Shown here one piece after another: positions 16,916 through 28,900 of a stretch of DNA of 64,000 nucleotides (positions within the stretch are counted from its first letter, which is position 1; each line of letters opens with the position of its first letter). The notes beneath the pieces were generated by a model. That model was not told the DNA's origin and made no database searches. It worked only from the letters and a program-made list of their open reading frames with translations. Made by a program: the position numbers and the translations under genes. The DNA comes from Rebecca billardiae RCC1528 (Eukaryota; Protista; Haptophyta), in the NCBI GenBank assembly GCA_965240325.2, contig OZ251227.1, positions 868,001-932,000 of the forward strand. The letters run 5' to 3'.

Positions 16916-19900
16916 TGGCGCGGCGGCTGGCGCGGCGGCGGGTGCTGCTGCCCGTCCGTGGGCGTGGGCGGCGGGCGGCCAGGCGGCTCTTGAGCGGCCG
17001 GGTTCTCGGCGCGCATCGAGCGGAGCGAGCCCTGGCGCGGGATGCCGACGCGCGTGCTCTTGAGCCGGGCCGGCTGGTCGCGCGGCGGCGACGGCGGCGG
17101 CGACGGCGGCGGGCTCGCGCCGTGCGATGCGGACAGCGACAGCGAGCGCGCCGAGCACGCCGCCGAGTCGGCGCCGCCCGGCTCGGACGCGCGCCCAGGC
17201 GCGTGGCCCGTCTCCTCGTCCTCGGCCAGGTCGATCTCGGAGACGTCGTCGGAGCACGGCACGCTGCCCGCGCTCAGCCGCACCGCGCGCAGCGGCGTGA
17301 TCACCGGCGAGCCGCCCGCCGGCCGCGGCGCGGACTGGCCCGAGCCCGAGTCTGCGCGCGCGGCGCGCACCGGCAGCGTCCGCCCGAGCAGCCCAGCGTG
17401 GAGCATCAGCCCCGCGCGGAGCGGGCTGCTACTCCCGTCGCTGTGCCGGCGCGCGATGCGCATGCGCCCGGCCCCGGGCCCGGCCGCCGTGCCGGGCGGC
17501 GAGGGCCACGTGGGCGAGCCCGGCGGGTTGACGAGGCCGGACGAGGGCGGGCGCGAGCTCGGCCCGCCGCCGGTCGACCCCGGCCGCGCCTGCGCGCCGC
17601 TCCACGGCGCGGCGTTGGCCGCGGCGGCGGAGGAGACGGGGGTCACCACGTCCGCGCGGCGCGGCGGCACGGTGCCGCGCGTGGGCCCGACGCGCGGCGC
17701 GCCCGGCGCGCGCTCCTCCGGCCGCGCGGGCTCGGCGGGTGGCGACGGCGGCGGCGTGTGCCGGTGCCGCGTCATCTTCACGTCGTCCTCCCGGCCTGGC
17801 TCCAGCAGGCGCACGTAGACGCGGCTGGCGACCGGCACGTTGCGCCCGTAGCCGAGCGTGAAGATGGTGCGGAAGAGGGCGAGGGCGGGGAGCGTGAGGC
17901 CGGCGGTGATCGTGGCGAAGAGCACCATCTGCACCAGGTTGAGCGAGATCGCCGCCTCCTCCGCGCCGCCCGCGCCCGGCTCCGCCGGCGGCGCGCTCGA
18001 CGTGTCGTACAGCATGCACTCGATCACGAGCGCGAGCATGCACACGTTCCAGAACTGCTGGCACAGCTCGGCGCGCTTGGCGGTCTCCGGGTCGCCGAAC
18101 CAGAGGCCGAGGACGGTGTGCTCGGACTCGAGCGCGTCCGCCATCTTGCGGTACAGCTTGGTGAGCGAGTGGTCCTTGGCGCGCTCGGCGCCCTTCCCCT
18201 TCCTCCCGCCGGCCGCGCCCAGCGCCTCCTGCTGCCGCGCGAGCCGCGCGCGCGCCTGCTTGCCGCGCAGCGCCTTTTGAATCGCCAGCGCCGCCCTCTC
18301 GCTCTGCTCGGCGAAGGCGTCGTCGAGCGCGTCGAGCCGCGTCTCGAGCGCCTGCGCGCGCGCCTCCTGCTGCCGCAGCCTCGCCTGCTCCTTGCGCATC
18401 TTCTCCTGCCGCCGCGCCTCGTCCACCTGCCGGTCCTTCACGCAGAAGGCGATCAGCGAGAGGCCGCAGCCGCCCGCCATGCCGAGCACGATGCCGTACA
18501 CCCACGGGTTGTCCGCGATGGCCTCGGGGGTGGCGACGAGGCCGGTGCGCGCGTCCTCCGCGGAGAAGGTGTTCACGCGCACCTGCGCGTCGCGCTCCAC
18601 GTCCTCCACCGACGAGGGCACCACGATCCCGCTGAAGTCGGTCAGGTGGTCGCACGCGCAGTACAGCAGGCCCTGGTCGCCGCCCGGCGGCACCGCCAGC
18701 CGCGTACACCCGCGCGTCGTCCACTCGAGCGCGGCGTCGTCCCACCAGAAGCACTTCGCCTCCTGCCCGCAGTCGAAGCCGTAGTACGGCGAGTTGCACA
18801 CGCACGCCTCGGCCACGCACGCGCCGCGCGACGGCTCCGCGCCCACGCCGCACTCGGCGAACTCGGCGCACGTGCCGCTCGGCGAGTAGCGCACCTCGTC
18901 CGCGCGCGGCCGCAGCGGCAGCGTCACGACGATGGGCTCGTCGAGGTTGGCGACGGGGAGGGTCACGCCGTCGGAGGACGCCGCCTTGAGCGAGACGGAG
19001 AACACCGAGGTCTGCAGCTCGGACGCCGGCGCGCTCGAGGCCAGCCCGCGCCGGCGCGCGCTGGCCTCGGCGTCGGTGCCGTTGGGTGCCGCGCAGCCCG
19101 GGTCTGCGTGTGTGTTGCTCGACACTTGGACGAGCTGGAGGTCGAGGCCCGAGCACGCGCCGCTGTCGAGCTGGCGCAGCGCGGAGAGCGGCAGCTGCAC
19201 GCCGCCCTGCCCGCCGGGCCCGCTGATCTCGCCGCTCGCCAGCGCCTCCTTGCACGCGCGCAGCGCCGAGATGTTCACGTGCGCGGACGTGACGGCCGCA
19301 CCGCTCTCGCCCGGCACCGCGCCCGCCGTCAGCGTGGTGGCGACCGCGCCGCTCGCGCTGCGGAGCGCGGCGTTCACCGCCGCGAGCGCGGTCGCGTTGC
19401 ACGCGCCGTCGGCCGCGTCCGCCTCCGCCAGCCGGCGCCGCGCCGCCTGCTGCCCCGCGTCCACCACCGCGCTGAGCGTGCCCACAATGTTGCTCACAAA
19501 CGTCGAGGACGCGCCGGCGCTCGTCGTCTTGCCCGCGGCGTCGGCCGCGAGCTGCGTCGCGCTCGTCTGCGCGGAGTCGTCGAGCGTCGTGCTGCCGGAG
19601 ACGATGGCGGAGACGACGGCGGCGGTCTGAGAGGTGGACTCGGAGCTGCTCACGCCGCTGTTCACCGCCGCCTCCGCGGCGGAGAGCATCTGCCCCGCCT
19701 GGCTCGCGCCGCCGCTGCCGCCGCCGCCTGACTGCAGCCGGCGCCGGCCGCGTCGCGCCGCGTCCGCGGCGGTGCACTCGGCCCCGCTCGCGTTGCCCGC
19801 GCTGGCGGTGGCGAGCGCGAGCAGCAGCTGGTTCGCCGCGGCCGGGTCGCCCGTCGACGAGGACGTGAGCGCGCCATCGAGCGCCGCCTCGAAGGCCTCG

Positions 19901-22900
19901 CAGCTCAGCTCGAGCGGCGCGCTCACGCTCACGGCCGCACTCGCGCTCGCGGCGGCGCCGTAGATGTCACTCACCGCGACGATGGCGGTGAGCTCGCCCG
20001 CCGGGAGGAAGACGAACGCGGTGGGCGAGACCACGCGGTCGCCGAGCGACTCGGCCGCGCCGAGGCCCGCGCCCGCGCTCGCGTACTTGTACGCGTACCC
20101 CAGCGGCTGGTCCTCCGGGTCGTCCGTCCAGCCGGCGGCCGAGAGCTCGAAGCGATCGGTCACGGCCACGCCGCTCGGCGGCGAGACCGCCAGGTCGCCG
20201 CCGTACGGCGGGCGGTTGATCTGCACGCTCGTCGCGCCGAAGGCGGGCTGCGCGCCGCCGTACACGCGCAGCTCGAACGTGTACCGCGCGCCGGGCGTGA
20301 GCACGCCGCTGCGGAACGCCAGCGACGGCTGGCTCGCGCCGGTCGTCGTGACGGCCTGCGCGTCCGCCAGGTCGAGCCCGGCGTCGACGAGCGCGCCCGA
20401 CACGTGCACGCGCGCGCGCCACTCGTACGACCACGCGACGAGCCCGGCGTCCTCGCGCGCGCGCGACTCGTCGTCCAGCGTCGTCGAGAGCGAGACGCGC
20501 TGCGTGGGCAGCGACCACGTCGGGTTGTACTTGAGCGCGGTGAGCGGCGCAAACGCGATGGCGGGCAGCGCGCCGCTCGCCACCTCGAGCGACACGGACG
20601 CGCTCACGGGCGCGCGCCCCGGCTTCGAGAGGGCGAGGAGCAGCGTGTACTCGCCCGGCGCGAGCTGCTGCGCGGCGGGCACGCTGAGGATGGGCGCGTC
20701 CGCCTGCACCGCCGCGCCGAGCGGCACGCCCACAGAGACCGAGCTGTTGAACACGCGGCGCACGCTCCACGCGTACTCGAGCTCGGCCGCCGCGGCGCTC
20801 GTGCGCGGCACGTTGGGGTCGAACGACGCGGACGCGTCGACCACGAGGCCCGCCTCCGCGCTCACGCGGCGGTCGCCGCCCGAGATCACGGGCTGGAGCG
20901 GCTGCGCGGCGACGACGAGCCGCACCTCCGCCGACGCGCTCGAGCCCGGGTCTGCCGCCATCGCGCACGACAGCGCGAGCGTGTACGTGTACCCCGCGAC
21001 CAGCGTGTAGGGCGCAACCTGCAGCTGGCTGCGCGCGGGCTGCGCGAGCGCGAGCGAGACGGAGCTCGGCGCCGGCGCGCCGCCCGCGCTCGCGACGATC
21101 GAGGTGACGCTCCAGCTGAAGCTCACGGACGGGTCCGCGTCCGCGGGCCAGCACTCCGCCAGCGTCGCCTCCCCCCGCAGCGAGACGCCGACGGCCGGGC
21201 GCACCGTCTGCGTCGAGCCGCCGGCGATCGCGATCGCGGGCGTCGCGCCGCCGGCGCGCTGCACCGCCCACTCCGCCACGGTGGACGAGCGGCCGAGGAA
21301 GTTGGAGACGCGCAGCAGGAAGACATACTGCGTGCCGGCGAGCGGCGCGGCCGCGCCGCCCAGCCGCACCGTCGCCGCGCTCGGCGGCAACGCGGCGAGG
21401 ATCGCGTTGAGCTCGTCTGCAAAGTCGGAGCGGCGCGGGTCGACGCGCCACGCGTACGTCAGAGGCCGGATCCCGCCGCCCGAGCCGGCCGCGCGCAGCT
21501 CGAGCAGCTCGCCCGCGCACGACGAGATGCGCGTGGGGCCGGAGATCGTGCCGAGGGGCACCGGGCAGTCGGCGCACGGGAAGTCCGCGTCGATCACCGC
21601 GCTCGAGTTGGCGCACAGCTCGTGCGGGCAGCTGCCGCCAAACGCGGCGGGCTTGATGGCGTTCTCGCGCAGCGCCACGCTCGAGCCCGGGCCCATCGCC
21701 GTCAGGTAGTTGAGCTCGGCGATCAGCGTGCTGTCGTCGGCCCAGTAGCACGAGGGCTCGGTGCCGAAGCCGCCACGGAGCGTCGCGACCGTCGCGTCGT
21801 CGAGCACGCGCGCGCACGGCCCCGAGCCCGCCATCCCGCCGCGGTCGGTCGGCTGGTCGTCGAGCTGCACGATCAGCGCGGTCGCCTCGTCGTTGAAGCC
21901 GGTAGATACAATCTCGGGCGCGTGCAGCCCGACGAAGGTGAAGGCGGCGGCGTCGGCCGCGGCGGCGGGGGCGAACTGCCGCCCGTTGAGCGCGACGCGC
22001 ACCGCCGCGCCGCCCTCCGCGCCCCAGCTCGCCACCTGCACAATGTGCGTGTCGTTGAACCACAGCGGCGCCGCGGCAGTCGTCGGCCCAAACCGCACGC
22101 GCAGGAAGGAGGCCGGCTCCGCGCCGTACCCCAGCGCCGCGTCCGCGAGCGCGGCAAAGCCCGAGCCGACGATGGTGGTGCGCGTGCCGCCGAGCGCGTC
22201 GCCCTCGGCCGGGCTGACCTCGAGCACGCTCGGCTCGTCGTAGTACACGAAGGGCCGCCCCGCGTCGGTGGTGGACGCGAGGCTGCCGCCGCCGAGCGAG
22301 ACGTCGAGCGTGCGGTTGCCCGACGCGTCGACCGCGGGCATTGTGCACAGCGCGCGGTCGGTGCCGTCGGCCGCGGGCGCGAGGAGCGTCGCCTTGACGG
22401 CGCACTCGCCCGCGCGGTCGAGCACGCAGCACAGCAGCTTGGTCGCGTCGCTCGAGTCGTCGCCGTACTCCTTGAAGCCCGTGCCGAACACGGTGACGCG
22501 CGTGCCGCCCGCCACCGGCCCGCCGGGCGGCACGAGCCGCGTCACGCCCACGTTCGAGGCGTCGTACAGCTCGAAGCCGATCTGGTCGAAGAAGAGCGGC
22601 GCGAGGTGCACGCCGCCGTTGAGCGAGAGCGAGACGGTGTACTCGCCCGCGCCCGCGCCCGCCGGCGTGTCGCACTCCGCCGTCGCCGCGTCGACCACGG
22701 TGGCAGGCGCCTGGAAGACCGCGCCGCCGCCGACCGCGCTGACAAAGAAGCAGAGCGGCGCGCCCGCGCCGAGGTCGACAAAGCCCGAGCCGCTCAGCGT
22801 GATCGCGGTGGAGCCCGCGAGCGCGCGCCGGCGCACGCCGCCGCCGCCGTCGACCGGCGCGCCCTGCGGCTCGCCCGACTCGACGAGCGCGGTGTACAGC

Positions 22901-25900
22901 GTGAACTGCGCGCCGGAGGTGCTGAAGGCCTGGCCGTTGAGCGACACCTCGACCACGATCAAGCCCGCGCTCACGGTGGGCGACACGTACGGCGCGGTGC
23001 AGAGCAGCTCGGACGTGCCCGCGTCGGGCAGCGTCGCCGCCACCTCGACGCGGCCGCTCGCAAAGTTGGGCCCGACGAACGCGCAGCGCAGCTCGCCATA
23101 GTCGGCGTAGTTCGCGCCGGAGACCGCGAGCTGCACGTTGGCTGTGCCCTGCGGCGCGCCCGGCGGCGCGAGCGCGCCCACCGTCACGCCCGCCATGTCG
23201 AAGTAGGCGAACTCGTTGGTGATGGCGATGGGCTCGCGCGGCTCGCCGTCCTCGTCGTCCTCGTCCGCGACGAGCGAGAGCGTCACCTCGCCCGCGGCGC
23301 TCAAGGCGGGCGCGGTGCACGCGATCTCGGTGGGCGTGATCGAGCTGACACGCACGCGCGTGCCGTCAAACACGCAGTAGATGATGTCCGCCTTGCTCTG
23401 CGCGCCCAGGTCGAACTGTGTGCCGAAGATGGTCACGTTGGTCGCGATGCCGCTGTTGGCGAGCGTCGCGCCCGTCGGCGAGAGCGACTCAAAGTTGGCG
23501 AGCGCGAACGGGTCGCCGGGCACGGTCACCGAGAGCGTGACGCCGGCGAAGCGGCGCCACGGCAGGCCGCCGGACGCGCCGCCAAAGCGGTAACACAATC
23601 GGTGGCCCGTCGCGACCGCGCCAAACGTGAACGAGGCGGTGCGGTCGGCGGCGACGACGGCCGCGGCGCCACTCACGCTCGCCGCCTCGTCGCACGCCGT
23701 CGCGGCCGCGGGCACAAAGTACGCCTCGTCCCCCGCGCCGACGCCCACGCCCTGGAAGGCGAAGGTGCGCTCGATCGTGACGACCGCGAGCACGACGAAC
23801 GGCCCGCTCACCTCGAGCACGTCCAGCTGCAGGCTGGCGTACAGCGCGAACGGCTCGGCGCGGAAACGGTAGCAGATCGAGTAGCCGAGCGCGCCAAACT
23901 TGCGCAGGAAGGTGTAGCTCGCGGAGAGCCCGCTCAGCGTCTTCTGCCCGCCCCACTGCACGAGCGGCGGCTCGTCCGCGCACGAGGCCGTGCCCGCGGG
24001 CACCCAGTACGCGGCGTCGCCGTCCGCCACGCCAAACCCCGAGAAGGTGACGGCGTGCGGCTCGCCCACCACGGCGCGGCTGCCGCCGCCGAGCGCGCCG
24101 AGCTGGTAGACGTCGAGCGTCACGTCCGCGTAGTGCGCCCACGGCTCGGCCGCGAAGCGGTAGCACAGCGAGAGGCCGGCCTTGGGCGCGAGCGGCGTGA
24201 ACGCGCCCACGCCGAGGCCGGTCGTGTTGAACACGCCGCCGTACTCGTCGAGCGCGCCGCCGCCCGCCGGCGGGCACGCGGACGCGTCCTCGACCCAGTA
24301 CGCCTGGTCGCCCGCCGCGAGGCCGACGCCCTCGAACGGCAACACCTCCTCCACGCCCGCCACCGCGACGGTGAACCCCGGCCCCTGCACCTCGGCCACG
24401 ACCAGCGTGATCGCCGCGCCGTACGAGCGCACGGGCTCGTCCGCGTGCGTGTAACACAGGCGCAGGTCCGGGTGGGCGACGTCAAAGGTGAAGGGCGCGG
24501 CGAGGGCGGCGTCGAGGGTCTGCGCGCCGCCGTACGCCGCACGCGGCGCGCCGTCCACCGGGTCGGCGCAGTCGACGGCCGTGCCGTTGTACGGCAGCCA
24601 GTACGCGCCGTCGCCCTCTGAGAGGCCCACTCCTGAGAATGCGAGTGACTCCTGCACGCCCACCACCGCCAGGCTCGAGGCGGGCGCGCGGACGACGAGC
24701 GCGTCGAGCGTGAGGGCGGGGTACAGCTTGAACGGCTCGGCCGCGAACGCGTAGCAGAGCCGCAGGCCGAGCCCGGCCGCGGGCAGCGTGAAGCTCGCGC
24801 TCAGGCCGGCGCCGAGCGTGCGCGCGCCGCCGAACGCGCCGCCCGCGCAGTCGGCCGCGGCCGCGCCCACCCACTTGGCGCGGTCGCCCGCGCGCACGCC
24901 GTACCCGGCGAAGCTGAGCGGCTTGGCCGCGCCGACGACGGCGCGCGAGGACAGCGGGCCGCTCAGCTCGTACACCTCGAGCCGCACGCTGGCGTACAGC
25001 TTGAACGGCTCGCCCTCGAAGGCGAAACACAGCTGCAGCCCGCCCGGCTGCGCCGCCGTGCTCTGCGCGAGCGTGAACGACGCTTCGCCCAGCGCCGAGA
25101 CGTTCTGCAGCGCGCCGCGCGAAGTGGCGTCGGCGCCGGCGGAGCAGTCGGGCGCGTCCGCGTCCGCCCAGAACGCGGCGTCGCCCGCGCCCACGCCCAC
25201 GCCGCCGAAGCGCACCGCCTCGGGCACGCCGAGCACGGCGAGCGTCGAGGCAGGCGAGGTCACGGCCAGCGCGTCCAGCAGCATCGGCTCCGCGCTCGAC
25301 GGGCCGTACAGCTTGGCGGGCTTGGTGGCGAAGGCGTAGCAGAGCTGCCACTGCAGCCCGGCCGTGGTGAACGTGACGACGACCGCGCCGTCGCTCGAGA
25401 CGGCGTACCCCGTCTCCGAGCCGAGCGCGCAGTCCGTCGCGTCCGCACGCACCCACCACGCGACGTCGCCCGCGCCGACGCCCACGCCGGAGAAGGCGAG
25501 CTGCTCGGGCACGTCGACGACTAAGGTCGAGAGCGCCGGGCCGAGGATCTGGCGCGTGCGCAGCACGATGGCCGGGTAGTGCGCCCACGGCTCCGCCCCA
25601 AACCGGTAGCACGCCGAGAGCGCGCCCGAGGGCGCGGGCGCGAGCAGCGTGAACGTGACGACGCCGCCCGCCGTCACGTTGAGCGCGCCGCCGTACTCGG
25701 CGCGCGCGCCGCCCTCGGCGCAGTCTGACCCCGCCTCGACCCAGAACGCGCCGTCGCCCGCGCTCACGCCCACGCCCGCGAACACGACGACCTCGCTCGC
25801 GTTCACCACCGCCACGCTCTCCGCGGGGCCCAGCACCTGCGCGGCGGTGAGTCGGATCGCCTCGTACGGCGCCCACGGCTCCTGCGCGTGCTTGTAGCAC

Positions 25901-28900
25901 GAACGCAGCTCCGCGTGCGGCTGGCTGAAGAGGAAGGTGGCCGAGGCGTTGGTGACGACCTGCGCTCCGCCGTACGCGTCGAGCGGCGCCGCGTCGCACG
26001 CGAGGCTCGCGCCCTCCACCAGCGGCACCCACTTGGCGAGGTCGCCGTCCTCGAGCCCGACCGCGCTGAAGCGCACAGTCTCGGGCACGCCCACGACCGC
26101 GAGCGTGTACTCCGGCCTCGTCAGCTGCAGCGCGTCGAGCGTGATCGCGTCGGCGGCGCCCGCGGCGTAGAGCCGGAACGGCCGGCTGCCGAAGGCAAAG
26201 CACAGCTGCAAGCCGAGCGCGGCCGCCTCGAGCGTGAACTCCGCGCGCGACGCGGCGAGCGGCAGCGCGCCGCCGTGCGCGTACGGCGGCGCGTCGCAGT
26301 CGGCCGCGTCGGGCGCGACCCACTTGGCGCGGTCGCCGTCGGCGAGGCCGTGGCCCGCGAAGACGATCGTCTCGGCGACGCCCACGACCACCTGCGTGAA
26401 CGCGGGCGCGCGCACCGCGTACACGTCGAGCTGCACGCCGCCGAACAGCGCAAACGGCTCGTCGCCAAACGCGTAACACAAGACGTGCCGCCCGAGCGGT
26501 GTCGGCGCGTCGAGCGTGAACGTGGCGTTGGCGCCGAGCACGGGCTGCACGCCGCCGCGCGCGGCGGACGGCGGCGCGGCGGCGCACGAGGGCGTGCCCG
26601 CCGGCGCCCAGTACGCGCGGTCGCCGTCGGCCAGCCCGACGCCCCCGAACGCGACACGCTCAGCCACGCCCGCCACGGCGACGCTGAGCGCGGGCGCGCT
26701 CACCTGCAGCACGTCCAGACCGAGCGCGCCGTACAGCCGGAACGGCTTGGAGGCGAACTGGTAGCACAGCCGCAGCCCGAGCGCGGGCTCGCTGAAGGTG
26801 AAGTTGGCGCCGCCGCGCGGCACCGCGCGCACGCCGCCGCCCGCCGCCGCCGCCGCCGCGTCGCACGCCGTCGCGGCCGCGTCCGCCCAGAAGGCTCGGT
26901 CCGAGTCGGACGCGCCGACCGCGTCGAACGAGATCGGCTCGAGCGCGCCCACGGCGGCGACGGTGCTCGCCGGGCCGAGCACGTGCAGCGTGCGCAGCGC
27001 GATGGCGGCGTAGTGCGCCCACGGCTCCGCCCCAAACCGGTAGCACGCCGAGAGCGCGCCCGAGGGCGCGGGCGCGAGCAGCGTGAACGTGACGACGCCG
27101 CCCGCCGTCACGTTGAGCGCGCCGCCGTACTCGGCGCGCGCGCCGCCCTCGGCGCAGTCCGAGCCCGCCTCGACCCAGAACGCGCCGTCGGGCTGCTCGC
27201 CGGCGCCCACTCCGACGCCGGTGAAGCGCACGCTCTCCTCCGCGCCCACCACCGCGCGCGACTCCGCGGGGCCGTCCAGCGCGTACGCGGACAGGCGCAC
27301 CGCGGGGTACAGCTTGAAGGCGGCCGCGCCGTGCGCAAAGCAGAGCTGCAGGCCCAGCCGCGGCGCGCCCAGGGTGAAGGTGGCGGTGGCGGCGGCGTCG
27401 AGCACCGTCTCGGCGCTCGCGTCGTCCGCCGCGTCGGCGCAGCCCGTCGCGCCCGGCGCCACCCACTTGGCGCGGTCGCCCGCCCGCAGGCCGACGCCCG
27501 CAAACGCGACCAGCTCGGACGCGCCGACGACGGCGACCGTGGCCGCGGGGCCGGTGACCGCGCGCACGATGAGCGTGTGGTCGGCGTACAGCGCGTGCGG
27601 CTGCGCGCCAAAGGCGTAGCACAGCAGCAGCGAGGCCGCGCCCGCGGTCGGCGTGAACGACGCGCCGCCCGAGCCGCCCACCGCACGCTCGCCCCCGTGC
27701 TCTGCGCGCGCGCCGCCGCCGCAGCCGCCCGCAGACGGCAGCACCCACTTGGCGCGGTCGCCCGCGCGCACACCCGCGCCCGAGACAGCGAGCGCCACCG
27801 AGACGCCCGCGACCGTGTCGAGCGCGAGCGGGCCGGAGTCCAGGCCGTACACGTCGAGCGTGATCCCCGCGTACAGCGCGTACGGCTGGTCGCGGAAGCG
27901 GAAGCACAAGCGCAGCGCGGACGCGGTCTGCGCAAACGTGAAGAGCGCGCGCGAGCCGACGAGGGTCTGCTCGCCGCCGAGCGCGGCCGACGGCGCGGCG
28001 GCGTCGCAGTCGGGCGCGGAGGCGTCGACCCAGTACGCGCCGTCGCCCGTGGCCACGCCGATGCCGCCGAAGCCCACGCGCGCCTCGACGCCCGCCACCG
28101 CCACGGCGCGGCTCGCCGAGCTCAGCTCGAACACGTCGAGCAGGAAGAGCGGCTCGAGGCGCCACTCGGCCGCGCCGCCCGGGTTGAAGTAGCAGAAGCG
28201 GTAGCCGTACCCGGACACGTCGAAGGTGAGGCTGGCGCGCAGCTCCGCGCCGAGCGTGGCCTCGCCGCCCAGCTCGGGCAGCGCGTCGGCCGCGCAGTCC
28301 GTGCCGACGTCGCCGCCGTTGGGCACCCACTTGAGCACGCTGCCCTCGCCCAGCCACGGCACGTCGGAGAAGTCGAGGCTAGTGGGCACGGCGCGCACGG
28401 CGATGAACGAGGTCACGTTCTCCGAGCGCTTGGGCGGCGGCGGGCTGGGCGGCGGCGGGCTGGGCGGAGGCCGACTGGGCGGCGGCGACGCGGGCGGCGG
28501 CGGCGCGGGCGGCGGCGAGCTCGGCGGCGGCGGCGGGGTGGGCGGCGGCGGGCTGGGCGGCGGCGGCGGGCTGGGCGGCGGCGGCCATGGCGGCGGTGGC
28601 GGGCTTGGCGGCGGCGAGGACGGCGGGCTCGGGGGCGGCGGGCTCGGCGGCGGCGGGCTCGGCGGCGGCAACGGCGGCGGCGGGCTCGGCGGCGGGCTCG
28701 GCGGCGGGCTCGGCGGCGGCGAGGGGGGCGGGCTCGGGGGCGGGCTCGGTGGCGGCGGAGAAGGCGGTGGAGACGGCGGCGGAGAGGGTGGCGGGCTCGG
28801 CGGCGGGCTCGGCGGCGGTGAGGGGGGCGGGCTCGGCGGCGGCGAGGGCGGCGGCGAGGGCGGCGGGCTCGGCGGCGGGCTCGGCGGCGGTGACGGCGGA

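Noticed and set aside
16103-28821. Many long Arg/Ala-rich overlapping ORFs
   Set aside because: Stop-codon scarcity in very GC-rich coding DNA; these are alternative frames of the giant gene.
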